DNA of 64,000 bases from Longimicrobiales bacterium (GCA_965223235.1 CBDCVV010000016.1:92108-156107), one strand, 5' to 3'; shown: positions 53,832 to 63,920, counted from the first letter of the stretch. Numbers and translations are program-made. The notes: generated by a model from the sequence alone, not told the origin.

Positions 53832-55304
53832 CTATGTGCGCCATGGGTATGGGGGCCGTTGAAGGTGCCAATCCGTCTGGTCCTGGAATGCCATCCCAAA
53901 GTCGAGTACCGACTGGTCGTCGAAGGCGGACCCCACGACTTGGAGGCATAGCGGCAGACCGTCCGGGTCGAAGCCGCACGGGATGTTCAGACCCGGTTGA
54001 CCGACCAGATTCGCGATAGAGTTCAGCCTGGGTGTGGCGCCACCTACATCCGCTGGTGGCTCCCACTCGTGACGCGCAGGGATCGGCCATCCGTTGCTGA
54101 CCTCCCGCATCGCGGCTCCGTTCGGCCAGGTGGGGGCTACCACGGCATCGACCCCTGCCACGAGTGCGTCGACCTCTCGGGTGAGCTGACTGCGGATCCG
54201 CTGTGCAGTCAGATAGTCGGAGGCGGGCATCATGCGACCAGCCATCCACCCCGCAGCCCGATCCTGGTTGAAGGAGAACATCCCGGCGGCCGAACCGTCC
54301 GCCAAGAGCGGCTCGAAAATCGTTCCGCTCTCTACCGTGACGATCGTCGTAAAGAGCGCACCGGTTGGATACGTCGGAAGATCGATCTCCACGATCTCGA
54401 CGCCCATCGCCTCCCATACATCGAGCGCCTGCTGAAAGACCTGTCTGTTGTGATCGGATTGGCTGAGCAAGAACTCGGGCCGATGTACCCCGAGGCGGCG
54501 GCCCGACATCGAACCCGGCTCCGACCGGAAGGTGAAGGGGCGGTCCGACGACGAGTTGTCGCGTGCGTCGAAACCGATGATCTGTTCGAGCACGTAGCCG
54601 CAGTCCTGTGCGGACCGACCCACCGGTCCGATTTTGTCGAGACTCCACGAGAGTGGCATGCACCCGTGTCGTGAGACGCGGGAGAAGGTGGGGCGCAGAC
54701 CCGTTGCCCCCACGGCAGACCCCGGAAAGACAATCGAGCCGCCCGTCTCGGTGCCGATCCCGAACCCGATCAACCCAGCGACGGCCGCCGAAACGGTTCC
54801 GCTCGACGACCCGAACGACGTGCGGTCCAACTTCCACGGGTTGAGCGCCGAACTCGTGTTTCCGCCCGCAAACTCGCCGAGCGACATCTTTGCCATGAGC
54901 ACGGCCCCGGACTCCTCGAGCCGGTCGATGACCGCCGCGTTCCGATCCGGGACCCGATCGTGAAAGATGCCTGAGCCCCAAGTGGTCCGAATGCCGGCCG
55001 TGTCGAGCAGGTCTTTCACTCCGTAGGGGATACCATGGAGAATGCTGCGACGTTGTCCGGCCCGCAGCTCCGCGTCCGCGCGCTCCGCCGACGCCAACGC
55101 TTCGTTGCGGGCGATGGTGACCATCGTCGCGAGTTTGCCGTCATGATCCGAACGAGGCTCGCTGGGTAAGGGGAACGGTGGCGTGTCCAACTCTTCAGCC
55201 CGCTGGAGGTACATCTCGGTTAGCTCCACCGAGGTGAGCGTCCCCGCGTCGAGACGCGATGCCAACTCCGGGATCGTCAAGTAGTGCAGGGGAGTCTCCT
55301 GCAT
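53832..55304 (-). CDS. amidase (amidase-signature family, GatA-like)
   Basis: 490 aa. The amidase-signature region includes GGNTSS...GSSSGTVSAAVA. No N-terminal signal peptide. Confidence 0.85.
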   Translation of the reverse strand: MQETPLHYLTIPELASRLDAGTLTSVELTEMYLQRAEELDTPPFPLPSEPRSDHDGKLATMVTIARNEALASAERADAELRAGQRRSILHGIPYGVKDLLDTAGIRTTWGSGIFHDRVPDRNAAVIDRLEESGAVLMAKMSLGEFAGGNTSSALNPWKLDRTSFGSSSGTVSAAVAGLIGFGIGTETGGSIVFPGSAVGATGLRPTFSRVSRHGCMPLSWSLDKIGPVGRSAQDCGYVLEQIIGFDARDNSSSDRPFTFRSEPGSMSGRRLGVHRPEFLLSQSDHNRQVFQQALDVWEAMGVEIVEIDLPTYPTGALFTTIVTVESGTIFEPLLADGSAAGMFSFNQDRAAGWMAGRMMPASDYLTAQRIRSQLTREVDALVAGVDAVVAPTWPNGAAMREVSNGWPIPARHEWEPPADVGGATPRLNSIANLVGQPGLNIPCGFDPDGLPLCLQVVGSAFDDQSVLDFGMAFQDQTDWHLQRPPYPWRT

Positions 55305-55306
55305 GG

Positions 55307-55594
55307 TTAGCCTCGCCTGAAGATCGTGAGCGGTTGCTCGTCGGGTGAGAGTTCGAAGGCCCGAAGCTGTTGTGAGATCCGCGTCCGACTCTCTACGGCC
55401 GCCCTTAGCCTCTCGAACTCGGACGGTTCGTCGTAGATGCCGCGCGGGCCTTGGGCGTCGAGCAGGGTGCGAAGGGTGTCGTCAGACACCCCTCCCGTTT
55501 CGGCCATCTCGCCGCACGCGGCCTGCCAAGCGACAGCCAAAGCGCCAGCCCCCGCGCCGGCCATCTTGGTGAACTGCCGGCGGTCTAGCGTCAT
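55307..55594 (-). CDS. small Tat-signal protein, possible GatC/AtzG-like amidase partner
   Basis: 95 aa with the twin-arginine motif DRRQFTKMAGAGAGALAV. Its stop lies 2 nt before the amidase ATG. Confidence 0.55.
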   Translation of the reverse strand: MTLDRRQFTKMAGAGAGALAVAWQAACGEMAETGGVSDDTLRTLLDAQGPRGIYDEPSEFERLRAAVESRTRISQQLRAFELSPDEQPLTIFRRG

Positions 55595-55764
55595 GGGGCG
55601 GGTCCTCGTTTAGGGAATGCGTGGCTGTGTCCGACGACTGGGCGCGATCATACGCGGCCCGGCCCGAGGTGAGCAAACCGTTGCCGTGTGAATCGGCGTC
55701 CCTACCTTCTCGCGCCGACTCGATCCTCTCTGATGCACTGCCTGGTGCGGGAAGCACGATCGAA

Positions 55765-56601
55765 ATGACGAACCCGACTGATTCGTTGGAGGCCCTCTCC
55801 AGCTCGTTGCGCGGGGTCGACGCAGTCGTCACCGGCGCCAGTCGGGGCCTCGGCCTTGGCTTCGCACGTGTGCTGGCTGCCGCTGGAGCCCGTGTCTGGA
55901 TGACCTCCGAGCTCGAAAGCGAGCTTCACCAAGCGGCCGACCAGGTGGTAGCGGAGGGAGGCGCCGTCGAGGTGCGGGTAGTGGATCTCCTCGATAGGGA
56001 CGAGGTCGCGGACTTCGCGATCGATGTCCGTGCCAAAGCCTCACGTCTTCGAGCCGTGGTCAACGCCGCGGCGATCCTCGAGTTCGTCAGTGGACGAGAG
56101 ATGACCGCAGATCACTGGGATCGCACGATTGCGATCAATCTCACGGCGCCTATGCTGTTGACTCGGGATCTCCTTCCCGGGCTGGCGCGAGATGGAGGTT
56201 CGATCATCAACGTGAGTTCGCGTGCGGGCATAGAGGGATTTGTGGACGAATCGGCTTATTGCGCCTCGAAGTTCGGCTTGGAAGGGCTGACGCGGTGCCT
56301 TGCCCTGGAGCTCGCGGATGCCGGAATCAGCGCGAACACACTCAGCCCTGGTGTGCGCATCAAGCCTACCTCGCTCACCACGGAGGATGTCGGTTCGGTA
56401 TCCCCCGAAGAGCGGGCGGAGTGGAATGATCCCGTCATTCTCGCCCCGGCCTTTCTCTACCTTGCCTCGCTTCGGGGGAATCCGAGCGGGTACCGCTTTG
56501 ACGCCTTCGCCCTCACTCGGGCCTTGGAGAAGCATGGACCGGAGTACGTGTCCGGACGTCCCGCCGAATTCGCACAATGGTCACCGCCTACTAATAGCTG
56601 A
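55765..56601 (+). CDS. SDR family oxidoreductase
   Basis: The ATG at 55765 gives VVTGASRGLG (a TGxxxGxG variant). Catalytic YCASK. Confidence 0.8.
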   Translation: MTNPTDSLEALSSSLRGVDAVVTGASRGLGLGFARVLAAAGARVWMTSELESELHQAADQVVAEGGAVEVRVVDLLDRDEVADFAIDVRAKASRLRAVVNAAAILEFVSGREMTADHWDRTIAINLTAPMLLTRDLLPGLARDGGSIINVSSRAGIEGFVDESAYCASKFGLEGLTRCLALELADAGISANTLSPGVRIKPTSLTTEDVGSVSPEERAEWNDPVILAPAFLYLASLRGNPSGYRFDAFALTRALEKHGPEYVSGRPAEFAQWSPPTNS

Positions 56602-56609
56602 GAGCTCAG

Positions 56610-58025
56610 ATGTCTGATTTATGGATTCGTGGTGGGACGGTAGTGTCCGCGACCGGTCGGGAGGACGCTGATGTCCTCGTACGAGACGGCGTCATCGAAC
56701 GGGTGACACCGCGAAGCGAGGCACAGGGAAACGAGCCGACGAATGGTGCTCGTGTGATCGAAGCCGAGGGATGCTTGGTCATGCCGGGCGGGATCGACAC
56801 CCATACGCACCTCGCCCACCCCATCGGGCGTCTGGGCGTCACGACGGCCGATGACTTCTACACCGGGACCGTCGCCGCGGCGTACGGAGGCGTTACGTCG
56901 ATCGTCGACTTCGGGCTCCAAGAGCGAGATGGATCTTTGATCGAGGCGAAGGACGCGCGTCTCGACTTGATCTCGGCCGACACGATCATCGACTTCGGTT
57001 TCCATATGATCGTGACCGATGTAAACGACGCCGTCTTGGCTGAGATGGTGCATCTCATCGGGGCCGACTTCCCGTCGTTCAAGGTCTACATGACGTATGG
57101 GGACAAGAAGATCGGAGACGACGATCTGATTCTCCTGCTAGAGGTTGCCGGTGCGAACGGCGGTTTGATCTACGCACACTGTGAGAACGACTGTGCGGTG
57201 ACCCACCTCATCCAACGGCACCTGGCCGAAGGCAACACCGGACCCGCATTCCACGCTCCCTCACGTCCCCCCGAAGTGGAAGCGGAGGCGACCAACCGAG
57301 CGATCATGCTCGCCGAGGTTGCGGGAGCACCCATCTGTATCGCCCACGTCACGTCGGCCGGGGCCGCGCGACACGTCGAGGCGGCCCGAGAGCGGGGCGC
57401 CCCCGTTACAGCGGAGACGTGTCCCCAGTATCTCGTGCTCGACGACTCCGTCTACGATCCCGACAAGGGGTGTGAGGTAGCGAAGTTCGTCTGTAGTCCG
57501 CCCATGCGAGACCGTTCTCACATCGACGCTCTCTGGGAGGCTCTAGCTGCCGGATCGATCCAACAGGTCTCGTCCGACCACGCCCCTTTTCGGTACGAAG
57601 GCCAGAAGACGGGGGGGTGCGACAACTTCACGGAGATCCCCAACGGCCTCCCGGGCATCGAGACCCGTCTCCCCATCCTCTTCACCGAAGGCGTGGCTGC
57701 AGGTCGTATCAGCGCCGAGCGATTCGTCGAGCTCACCGCGACGGCGCCCGCGCGGATCTTCGGTCTTAGAGGGAAGGGGGTCATCGAGGCTGGGGCGGAC
57801 GCCGACGTGATCGTCGTCGATCCCAATCGAGAGGTGTCCATCGACCCTAGTATGCTTCACTCCGAGGTCGACTACAGCCCGTATCAGGGGATGCGGTTGA
57901 AGGGTTTCCCGACCCACACGGTCTCGCGCGGAGAGGTGATCGTCTCCGAGGGTACGTTGGATGCGAAGCGGGGCAGAGGTCGCAGGATCAGCCGTCCGCC
58001 GATTCAGGTCGACTCGCTCCCGTAA
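56610..58025 (+). CDS. dihydropyrimidinase / D-hydantoinase (cyclic amidohydrolase)
   Basis: 471 aa with MPGGIDTHTHL, FKVYM (the carboxylated-Lys context) and SDHAPF motifs. Confidence 0.85.
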   Translation: MSDLWIRGGTVVSATGREDADVLVRDGVIERVTPRSEAQGNEPTNGARVIEAEGCLVMPGGIDTHTHLAHPIGRLGVTTADDFYTGTVAAAYGGVTSIVDFGLQERDGSLIEAKDARLDLISADTIIDFGFHMIVTDVNDAVLAEMVHLIGADFPSFKVYMTYGDKKIGDDDLILLLEVAGANGGLIYAHCENDCAVTHLIQRHLAEGNTGPAFHAPSRPPEVEAEATNRAIMLAEVAGAPICIAHVTSAGAARHVEAARERGAPVTAETCPQYLVLDDSVYDPDKGCEVAKFVCSPPMRDRSHIDALWEALAAGSIQQVSSDHAPFRYEGQKTGGCDNFTEIPNGLPGIETRLPILFTEGVAAGRISAERFVELTATAPARIFGLRGKGVIEAGADADVIVVDPNREVSIDPSMLHSEVDYSPYQGMRLKGFPTHTVSRGEVIVSEGTLDAKRGRGRRISRPPIQVDSLP

Positions 58026-58033
58026 CCGGGCCC

Positions 58034-59038
58034 CTAGCCCTCCGGAATGAGGTCATCCCGCACCTCATCGATGATTCCGAAGAAGCAGCACCACTCCCCC
58101 TCGAGCACGGAGGGCCGTGAACGTAGTCCGAAGACGACCCCCTCTTGAGGTGCGACCACGGCTCCTGCGACGTCGCCGTACAAGTCGTAGACCTGACCGA
58201 GCGGGGTGCCCGCGGGCATGGAGGTCTCGAATGTCATCTCGGCGTCACCAACCCACATTCCCGAGGCGGGTGCGAGAAGTGCCTCCTGATGTCCCATTCG
58301 CCATTCGGACGCGTAGTTAGCATCTCCCGGGAGCATGCCGTAGTGCCGCATGACGTTGGCGTACCCCGCCGCCAAATCGTTCGCGATCGTGTGGAAGTCG
58401 CTCGTGAGGGTGCGACAGTTTCCGCCGAGCTCGACCGTGATACCGCCTTTGCCTAGCTCAGCCATCTTCGACGAAGGGTTGGCTCCACCCACGCCGCTCT
58501 TGAAGACGAGATCCCAAGCAGGACCCATCGCCGCAGCGAGCTCGAGGCTTACCGCATTGTCTGCCGCGAAAATCATATGAGCGAGGTAGGAGTGCTCTCC
58601 TCCCGAGTGGATCGCGATCTGGAGATCACACGCGTCCTTCATCGCCATCCAGTGGGCCCACGCGGCTCGCTCCGTTGGGTATCCGTCGGCGCGGCCCGGG
58701 TACATCCGATTCATGTCGTACGTAAAGGAGTCGAGCGGATCCCCCCTCTTGCCGGCGGCGAACGCCGGCACATTCATCGCAGGTACGCCGACGACGGTTC
58801 CTGAGACGCTCCCAGCGTCGAGCTCCTCGAAGAGTCGGAAGATCGAGAAGGCGCCCTCGGGTTCGTCGCCGTGCGTGGCGCCATTGATCCACAGGGTCGG
58901 ACCGTCGTGGGCGCCGTGGCAGACGAGAAGCGGGATCTCTCTTTCCCGTCCCTCTGCGACTGATCCGAAGGTGATCGCCGCGCGTCCAATGGTCCCGGGC
59001 TCGATCGAGCCGTTGCCGATGACGAAGGGATCTCTCAT
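58034..59038 (-). CDS. succinylglutamate desuccinylase/aspartoacylase family (M14-like) zinc hydrolase
   Basis: 334 aa. The GATHGDEPEG zinc-binding motif is characteristic of the AstE/AspA family. Confidence 0.7.
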   Translation of the reverse strand: MRDPFVIGNGSIEPGTIGRAAITFGSVAEGREREIPLLVCHGAHDGPTLWINGATHGDEPEGAFSIFRLFEELDAGSVSGTVVGVPAMNVPAFAAGKRGDPLDSFTYDMNRMYPGRADGYPTERAAWAHWMAMKDACDLQIAIHSGGEHSYLAHMIFAADNAVSLELAAAMGPAWDLVFKSGVGGANPSSKMAELGKGGITVELGGNCRTLTSDFHTIANDLAAGYANVMRHYGMLPGDANYASEWRMGHQEALLAPASGMWVGDAEMTFETSMPAGTPLGQVYDLYGDVAGAVVAPQEGVVFGLRSRPSVLEGEWCCFFGIIDEVRDDLIPEG

Positions 59039-59156
59039 GAGGGGGGTCCACCGTGGAGTCGAGTTGGCCCGACAAGAAAAGTGATTTCCGTGAAGAAGAA
59101 CAGGGACTTCAAATCCGCAACACTGAGCCGTCTCAGCAGTCCGTGGCGGCGGTTCG

Positions 59157-60470
59157 TCAGGGCCTCTGACCGCCCCGTCCGAAGTGAAGGTCTGCGAAGT
59201 CCATGAAGCGGTCCCAGTCGTATGCGGTCAGGTCGTGCCCGCCCGACCTCAGGTGGTAGCCAACCGTGTGCTGAAGAGACGTCCCGACTCCCGGCCAGAC
59301 TCCCGAGGGAATCGGATCTCCGCCGAGCAGGGTGAAGACCGGACCTGCATGGAAGGCAGACAAGAACTCGCCACGCGGGTCGGCCCATCGGTCTTCTATG
59401 GCGCTGGCGACGTACACCGGACGTGGCGCGATGAGAGCGAGGAGCATGTGTTGGTCGAAGGGGAGATCGGCTTCGCGCTCGCCGTACTCCTTGAACGAGT
59501 CATTGAACCAGTGGGGGAACACGGTGTTGATACGAGCGACCGTCTCGCCGTAGCGTCGCCGGGAAAGAGCTGCGCCTCCCGCTCCCGAGTTGTTCGAGAT
59601 GACCATGGCGAAGCGTTCGTCCTGCGCTCCCGCCCATAAAGCGGCTTTCCCCAATCGGGAGTGCCCCGCGACCGCGACGCGCCGTGCATCGACTTCGGGG
59701 TCCGTCTGGAGGTAGTCCATCGCCCGACTCAGGCCCCACGCCCAGACCCCGATCGCTCCCCACTCCCCAGTCTCGGCCACGCCAGCGGCGAGGCTTCGGA
59801 GCCCCTCGGACGCCCCGCCCTGGAAGTCGGGCTCGACCTGGCCGTAGTGGAGGGTCGCCAGTCCGTACCCTCGCTCGACGATCTCTTCCACCGGCCACCG
59901 CCATGCGCGGACTCCACGCGTCGCCTCGGTCGCCCGATGCTCTACGATCCCGAACTCCGGATTCTCCTGCATCCACGCGCGCGTGAGGTGGATCTCCGGG
60001 TCGGGGTGGATGCTTGCGTTCCCGTAGTAGTTGAGGGCCAAGAAGATGGGGATGGGCGCGTCCGCCGAGGCCGGGAGATAGATGAGGAGGTCGACGCTGC
60101 GAGCCGTTGATCCCTCTCCGATCGAGAGCTGCACCTGACGACGTAGCGCCCTGCCGTCGAAGGCAGGTCCCTCGGAGCGTAGTTCGAAGTCGATCGAGGG
60201 CGAGGTGGCTGGCGTCGCCCCGAACATGTGGTTCTCGAAGAGGGTGAGAACTTCCTGGCGGCGCGCTACCCAACCGTCCGGCGTTGCGACCGGAGCCCCG
60301 GCATCGGAGACCAACGGATCGGGTAGCGAGTACGCGGGAACACGACTCTCGTCATAGTTTGGGACGAAGGCGTTCGAGCTCGGTTGGCCGTGATCCTGGC
60401 AGGCGGAGACGACCAGGACGAGTACGCCTAGGGCTACGGAGTTGGGCAGTGGCGGATGAGGCGAGAACAC
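59157..60470 (-). CDS. alpha/beta hydrolase, glucuronoyl esterase (CE15)-like lipoprotein
   Basis: 437 aa with lipobox VVSACQ. GHSRLGKAALWAG resembles the CE15 G-C/H-S-R-x-G-K nucleophile motif. Confidence 0.55.
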   Translation of the reverse strand: MFSPHPPLPNSVALGVLVLVVSACQDHGQPSSNAFVPNYDESRVPAYSLPDPLVSDAGAPVATPDGWVARRQEVLTLFENHMFGATPATSPSIDFELRSEGPAFDGRALRRQVQLSIGEGSTARSVDLLIYLPASADAPIPIFLALNYYGNASIHPDPEIHLTRAWMQENPEFGIVEHRATEATRGVRAWRWPVEEIVERGYGLATLHYGQVEPDFQGGASEGLRSLAAGVAETGEWGAIGVWAWGLSRAMDYLQTDPEVDARRVAVAGHSRLGKAALWAGAQDERFAMVISNNSGAGGAALSRRRYGETVARINTVFPHWFNDSFKEYGEREADLPFDQHMLLALIAPRPVYVASAIEDRWADPRGEFLSAFHAGPVFTLLGGDPIPSGVWPGVGTSLQHTVGYHLRSGGHDLTAYDWDRFMDFADLHFGRGGQRP

Positions 60471-60616
60471 GTGGGGCGCGGGGGCATTCTATGAGCGAGG
60501 GGTGTGTCCACCTTCGGACGGGACTGCCGCTTTGGCTAGTCCTTGTGGGGAAGTCGCCCCGGTCGGCACGTTACCTTGAGCACGAGCGCGCCCGTCGACC
60601 CGCCATTCGAGGTCCG

Positions 60617-61597
60617 ATGACCGAAGTCCCGATCCGAAACCCTGAAGGGGTCTACGGTACGCTCTGGCGGCTGATACAAGTATCCGCTCTCTCGGGCGCG
60701 GTAGTCCTCCTGGTGGCGCTCGTAGTCACGCCAGCACCGACGCTCGACGTACTGTGGAACGCGGTGATTCCGCTGCTTCCTGCGACGTTCCTCGTGAGCC
60801 CGACGCTATGGCGGAACGCATGCCCCTTGGCGTCGATCAATAAGACGATCGGAGATCGGTGGGGGCAAAGGAGTATGTCCGCCGGGGTCGTGAGCGCGGG
60901 TGCCGTCGGTGTAGTCTTGCTCTATCTTCTCGTGCCCGCTCGAAGGTTCCTGCTGAACAGTGACGGGACTGCGCTCGCCGTGGTGATCGGCGTGCTAGCC
61001 ATCGCAGCCGCTGTGGCTGGGGTGCTGTTCACATCGAAGGCTGGCTTCTGTAACTCGATTTGCCCCGTCCTTCCGGTCGAGCGGCTCTATGGCCAGCGCC
61101 CGGTAATGGACGTCGCGAATGCCCGGTGTGCTCCGTGTATCCTGTGCACTCGACGCGGGTGTGTGGACCTGGCACCGACGAAGTCCGTGGCCCAAGTGAT
61201 CGGTCCGCATCGTAGAGACCGCCGTTGGCTATTCACGCCCTTCGGAGCCTTCGCAGCGAGTTTTCCGGGCTTCGTACTCGGCTACTTCACCGCTGCGGAT
61301 GTCCCTCTGGCATCGGCGCCGTCGGTGTACGCCCACGTGTTCTCATATGCAGGGGCCAGCTTTCTCCTCGTGGGTCTAGCGACCGTCCTCGGGGTCGCCA
61401 AAGCGCAGCGTTTCGTCCTTTTGAGCGCAGCGTTATCGGCGGTCTTGTACTACTGGTTCGCCGTCCCGGGGATGGTAGACGTACTCGGGATGCCAGATAT
61501 CGGGGTCGCCATCCTGAGAGCCGCCTTCTTGGCTCTTGTCGGCTTCTGGGTGATGAGACCCACCTCCACCACCCAGGTGCGCCACCTACCGATCTAG
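60617..61597 (+). CDS. polytopic membrane protein with a Cys-rich (4Fe-4S-like) loop
   Basis: The ATG at 60617 avoids overlap with the divergent gene. About 8 TM helices. The loop is CNSICP...CAPCILCTRRGC (C-x2-C-x2-C-x4-C). Confidence 0.4.
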   Translation: MTEVPIRNPEGVYGTLWRLIQVSALSGAVVLLVALVVTPAPTLDVLWNAVIPLLPATFLVSPTLWRNACPLASINKTIGDRWGQRSMSAGVVSAGAVGVVLLYLLVPARRFLLNSDGTALAVVIGVLAIAAAVAGVLFTSKAGFCNSICPVLPVERLYGQRPVMDVANARCAPCILCTRRGCVDLAPTKSVAQVIGPHRRDRRWLFTPFGAFAASFPGFVLGYFTAADVPLASAPSVYAHVFSYAGASFLLVGLATVLGVAKAQRFVLLSAALSAVLYYWFAVPGMVDVLGMPDIGVAILRAAFLALVGFWVMRPTSTTQVRHLPI

Positions 61598-61604
61598 CGG
61601 GTCT

Positions 61605-62306
61605 CTAGCGTTCGAACTCGAGGTCGACCAATGCCCGCGCGGCCTCAACCCGGGCTCTCACGATCGGGAGCTCCTGCTGATACATGCCTGCGATGACGAC
61701 GATAGAGGCCCACCCGGCCGTCGCTGTTTCGGAGCTTCGACTCGTACGGAGAAAGGCTCGGAGTCTTTCCGGGTCTGACTCGGTCCCGGTGAGGACGCGG
61801 AGGGCACCCGCCGGATCTTGGGTTTCGAAGACCGACAGCAGGAGATCCCATCCGCCGTCCTGAATCACGCGATCTTCCTCGCCTAGATCTCCGAACGCCG
61901 CAGGTAGGCCGGCCAGCCCAGAGCGTGTCTCATTGGACTCTAGCTCAGGCAGGTAACCTCCAGCCAGAAAAGCGTTGAGCGCACCGAGTTCGGGCGTCAC
62001 GGTCTTGATCTCCATCCCCCCGAGAAGAGCTCGAAGCTCCTCGTCGGGCAGAGTGTCTATGTCCGCCGGGGTCAAGGCGATATAGCGGGCAAGGCCCTCG
62101 AGAGCGGCGCCATTGCCTTCGATCACACTGTCGAGTTGTGCGAGGTTGGCCGTGAGCTCCGTCCGCACGGCCGCGAGTGCCTCGAGCGCCTCACTTCGTT
62201 GCACCTGTCCTTCCCACCATGCGTCGAGGCCAAACGCGACGAGGATCGCCGCCAGAACCGCACCCGTTTCGCGGAGGAGCGCCTTCCATCCGGTGGGACT
62301 AACCAC
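61605..62306 (-). CDS. hypothetical membrane-anchored protein
   Basis: 233 aa with one N-terminal TM helix (VLAAILVAFGLDAWW). No family recognised. Confidence 0.35.
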   Translation of the reverse strand: MVSPTGWKALLRETGAVLAAILVAFGLDAWWEGQVQRSEALEALAAVRTELTANLAQLDSVIEGNGAALEGLARYIALTPADIDTLPDEELRALLGGMEIKTVTPELGALNAFLAGGYLPELESNETRSGLAGLPAAFGDLGEEDRVIQDGGWDLLLSVFETQDPAGALRVLTGTESDPERLRAFLRTSRSSETATAGWASIVVIAGMYQQELPIVRARVEAARALVDLEFER

Positions 62307-62312
62307 GACTCG

Positions 62313-63920
62313 CTACCGCACTCGCACGGAGTACGAATCTCCAGTCACCATCCGCACGACCTCCCCGTTCTCTTCGACGAACCGCACGACCTCTCCAACG
62401 GGTCCGCCACCGGTTGGTGCGAGCATTCGGAACGTACCGTCACCCACGGGCTCCAACTCCGTCGGTGCATTGATGCTCGTCGCCCAGGGGTTCATCGTGA
62501 CCAGCCTCCGGTTCAGCACCAGAACACGGGTCTCACCGCCGCGGCTGCGGTACACGCCCGCGAAGCGCGCCCAGTCGGGATCCCACATCGGTTCCACCGA
62601 CTCTTCGGCCGTCGCTCCGGCGACGGCCTCGCCCACGGTTCTCATCAGCTCTCGAGCGATTTGAGACGGGTTGGAGTCATTCGTGTTCGTGAGGACGACC
62701 ACACCCACCTCGGAATCGAGTTGGATGGTGGTGTTCGTGGTATAGCCCGGATATCCGCCTCCGTGCCCGACGTAGAGCTTTCCGTCCACCCGATTCACGC
62801 TGAATCCGATCCCTTGGCCTCGGGTCCACGTGTTCTCCAACATCCGTACGCGGTGCATCTCCCGGAGTGACGCAGTGCTGAGGATGCGGTCGTTACCTCG
62901 TGGGCCGGTACGGAACTGAGCCGAGACGAAGCGTGCCATGTCTTCGACCGTGGACGTAAGCCCGGTCGCCGCGGCCATCCCCCTCGCGTCCACAAAAGGG
63001 AAGACTTGTCGCGAGCCGTCGGGCATACGACGGCCGTACCCGGTGGCGAGTCCAGGATCGTCGATGTCGACACTCGTAGCAGACATGCCCAAAGGGCCGA
63101 AGATGTTCTCTTCGAGGTACTCCGCCCACGAGAGCCCGCTGACCTCTTCGACGACCATCCCCGCGATCGTGTATGCGAGGTTCGAGTACTTCCATCGGAC
63201 CTCGGGTGAGAAAGGCGCGACCCGCTGAGGCATCAACTCCCGCACCTCTTCGGCGGTCGGGAAGTCGAAGTCTGTCCAATGCGGTCCTGCCTCGCGCGGG
63301 AGCCCAGAACTATGCGTCAACAGGTGTTCGATCGTGACCGGAGGGTCGTCTGGTGAGCCGCCTGCGAAGGTGAACCAAGGAAGGTACTCCGTGACCGGGT
63401 CGTCGAGGCGGACCTTGTTCTGCTCACGGAGCTGCATGATCGCTGCGGCCGTGAACAGCTTGCTGTGCGACGCCATCCGAAAGCGGGTGTCTGTTCGCAT
63501 GGGGCGACGTTCGTCCGTGTCGGCGTAGCCGAAGCCTTCTGCCCACACGAGGTCGTCACCGGACACGACACCGACCACGATTCCAGGCAGCCCGCGAATC
63601 TCGATCTGGCCTTCGAGCCACGCCGAGAACAGATCGACTTGCGCCCGCACCTCGGGGTCATCGAGGGGGTTCTGACCCAGGGCGTGTGGGGGAGCCGCCA
63701 GGGAGATGAGCAGGGCGGGAACCGCCACGAGGTACGGCAGCAGTGGATTGACCCTGCGGAGAGGCGAGGACAAGGCGACCTCCAGGCGAATTTCGTGTGA
63801 AACGGGACGGAAGCTTCGTACCCTGAGTCTAGAGATTGACCCTTCCGTGGGCGAGCTGGTGCTCCAACTCCCTATGGGGTGGGGAGGGTTGGCTACCTCG
63901 ACGGGAGAGCGTCCACCCAT
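62313..63920 (-). CDS. serine hydrolase, beta-lactamase family with C-terminal extra domain
   Basis: SxxK motif (ASHSKLF). The signal-like PALLISLAAPPHALGQ suggests the true start is internal and non-ATG. Confidence 0.75.
   Translation of the reverse strand: MGGRSPVEVANPPHPIGSWSTSSPTEGSISRLRVRSFRPVSHEIRLEVALSSPLRRVNPLLPYLVAVPALLISLAAPPHALGQNPLDDPEVRAQVDLFSAWLEGQIEIRGLPGIVVGVVSGDDLVWAEGFGYADTDERRPMRTDTRFRMASHSKLFTAAAIMQLREQNKVRLDDPVTEYLPWFTFAGGSPDDPPVTIEHLLTHSSGLPREAGPHWTDFDFPTAEEVRELMPQRVAPFSPEVRWKYSNLAYTIAGMVVEEVSGLSWAEYLEENIFGPLGMSATSVDIDDPGLATGYGRRMPDGSRQVFPFVDARGMAAATGLTSTVEDMARFVSAQFRTGPRGNDRILSTASLREMHRVRMLENTWTRGQGIGFSVNRVDGKLYVGHGGGYPGYTTNTTIQLDSEVGVVVLTNTNDSNPSQIARELMRTVGEAVAGATAEESVEPMWDPDWARFAGVYRSRGGETRVLVLNRRLVTMNPWATSINAPTELEPVGDGTFRMLAPTGGGPVGEVVRFVEENGEVVRMVTGDSYSVRVR

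Noticed and set aside
53806-54981. 391-aa minus-strand ORF overlapping the amidase in another frame.
   Set aside because: It is Arg/Gly-rich low complexity, whereas the amidase frame carries the family signature.
60284-60616. N-terminal 111-aa extension of the Cys-rich membrane protein ORF.
   Set aside because: It is Arg-rich, overlaps the divergent CE15-like gene, and the ATG at 60617 precedes the first TM helix.
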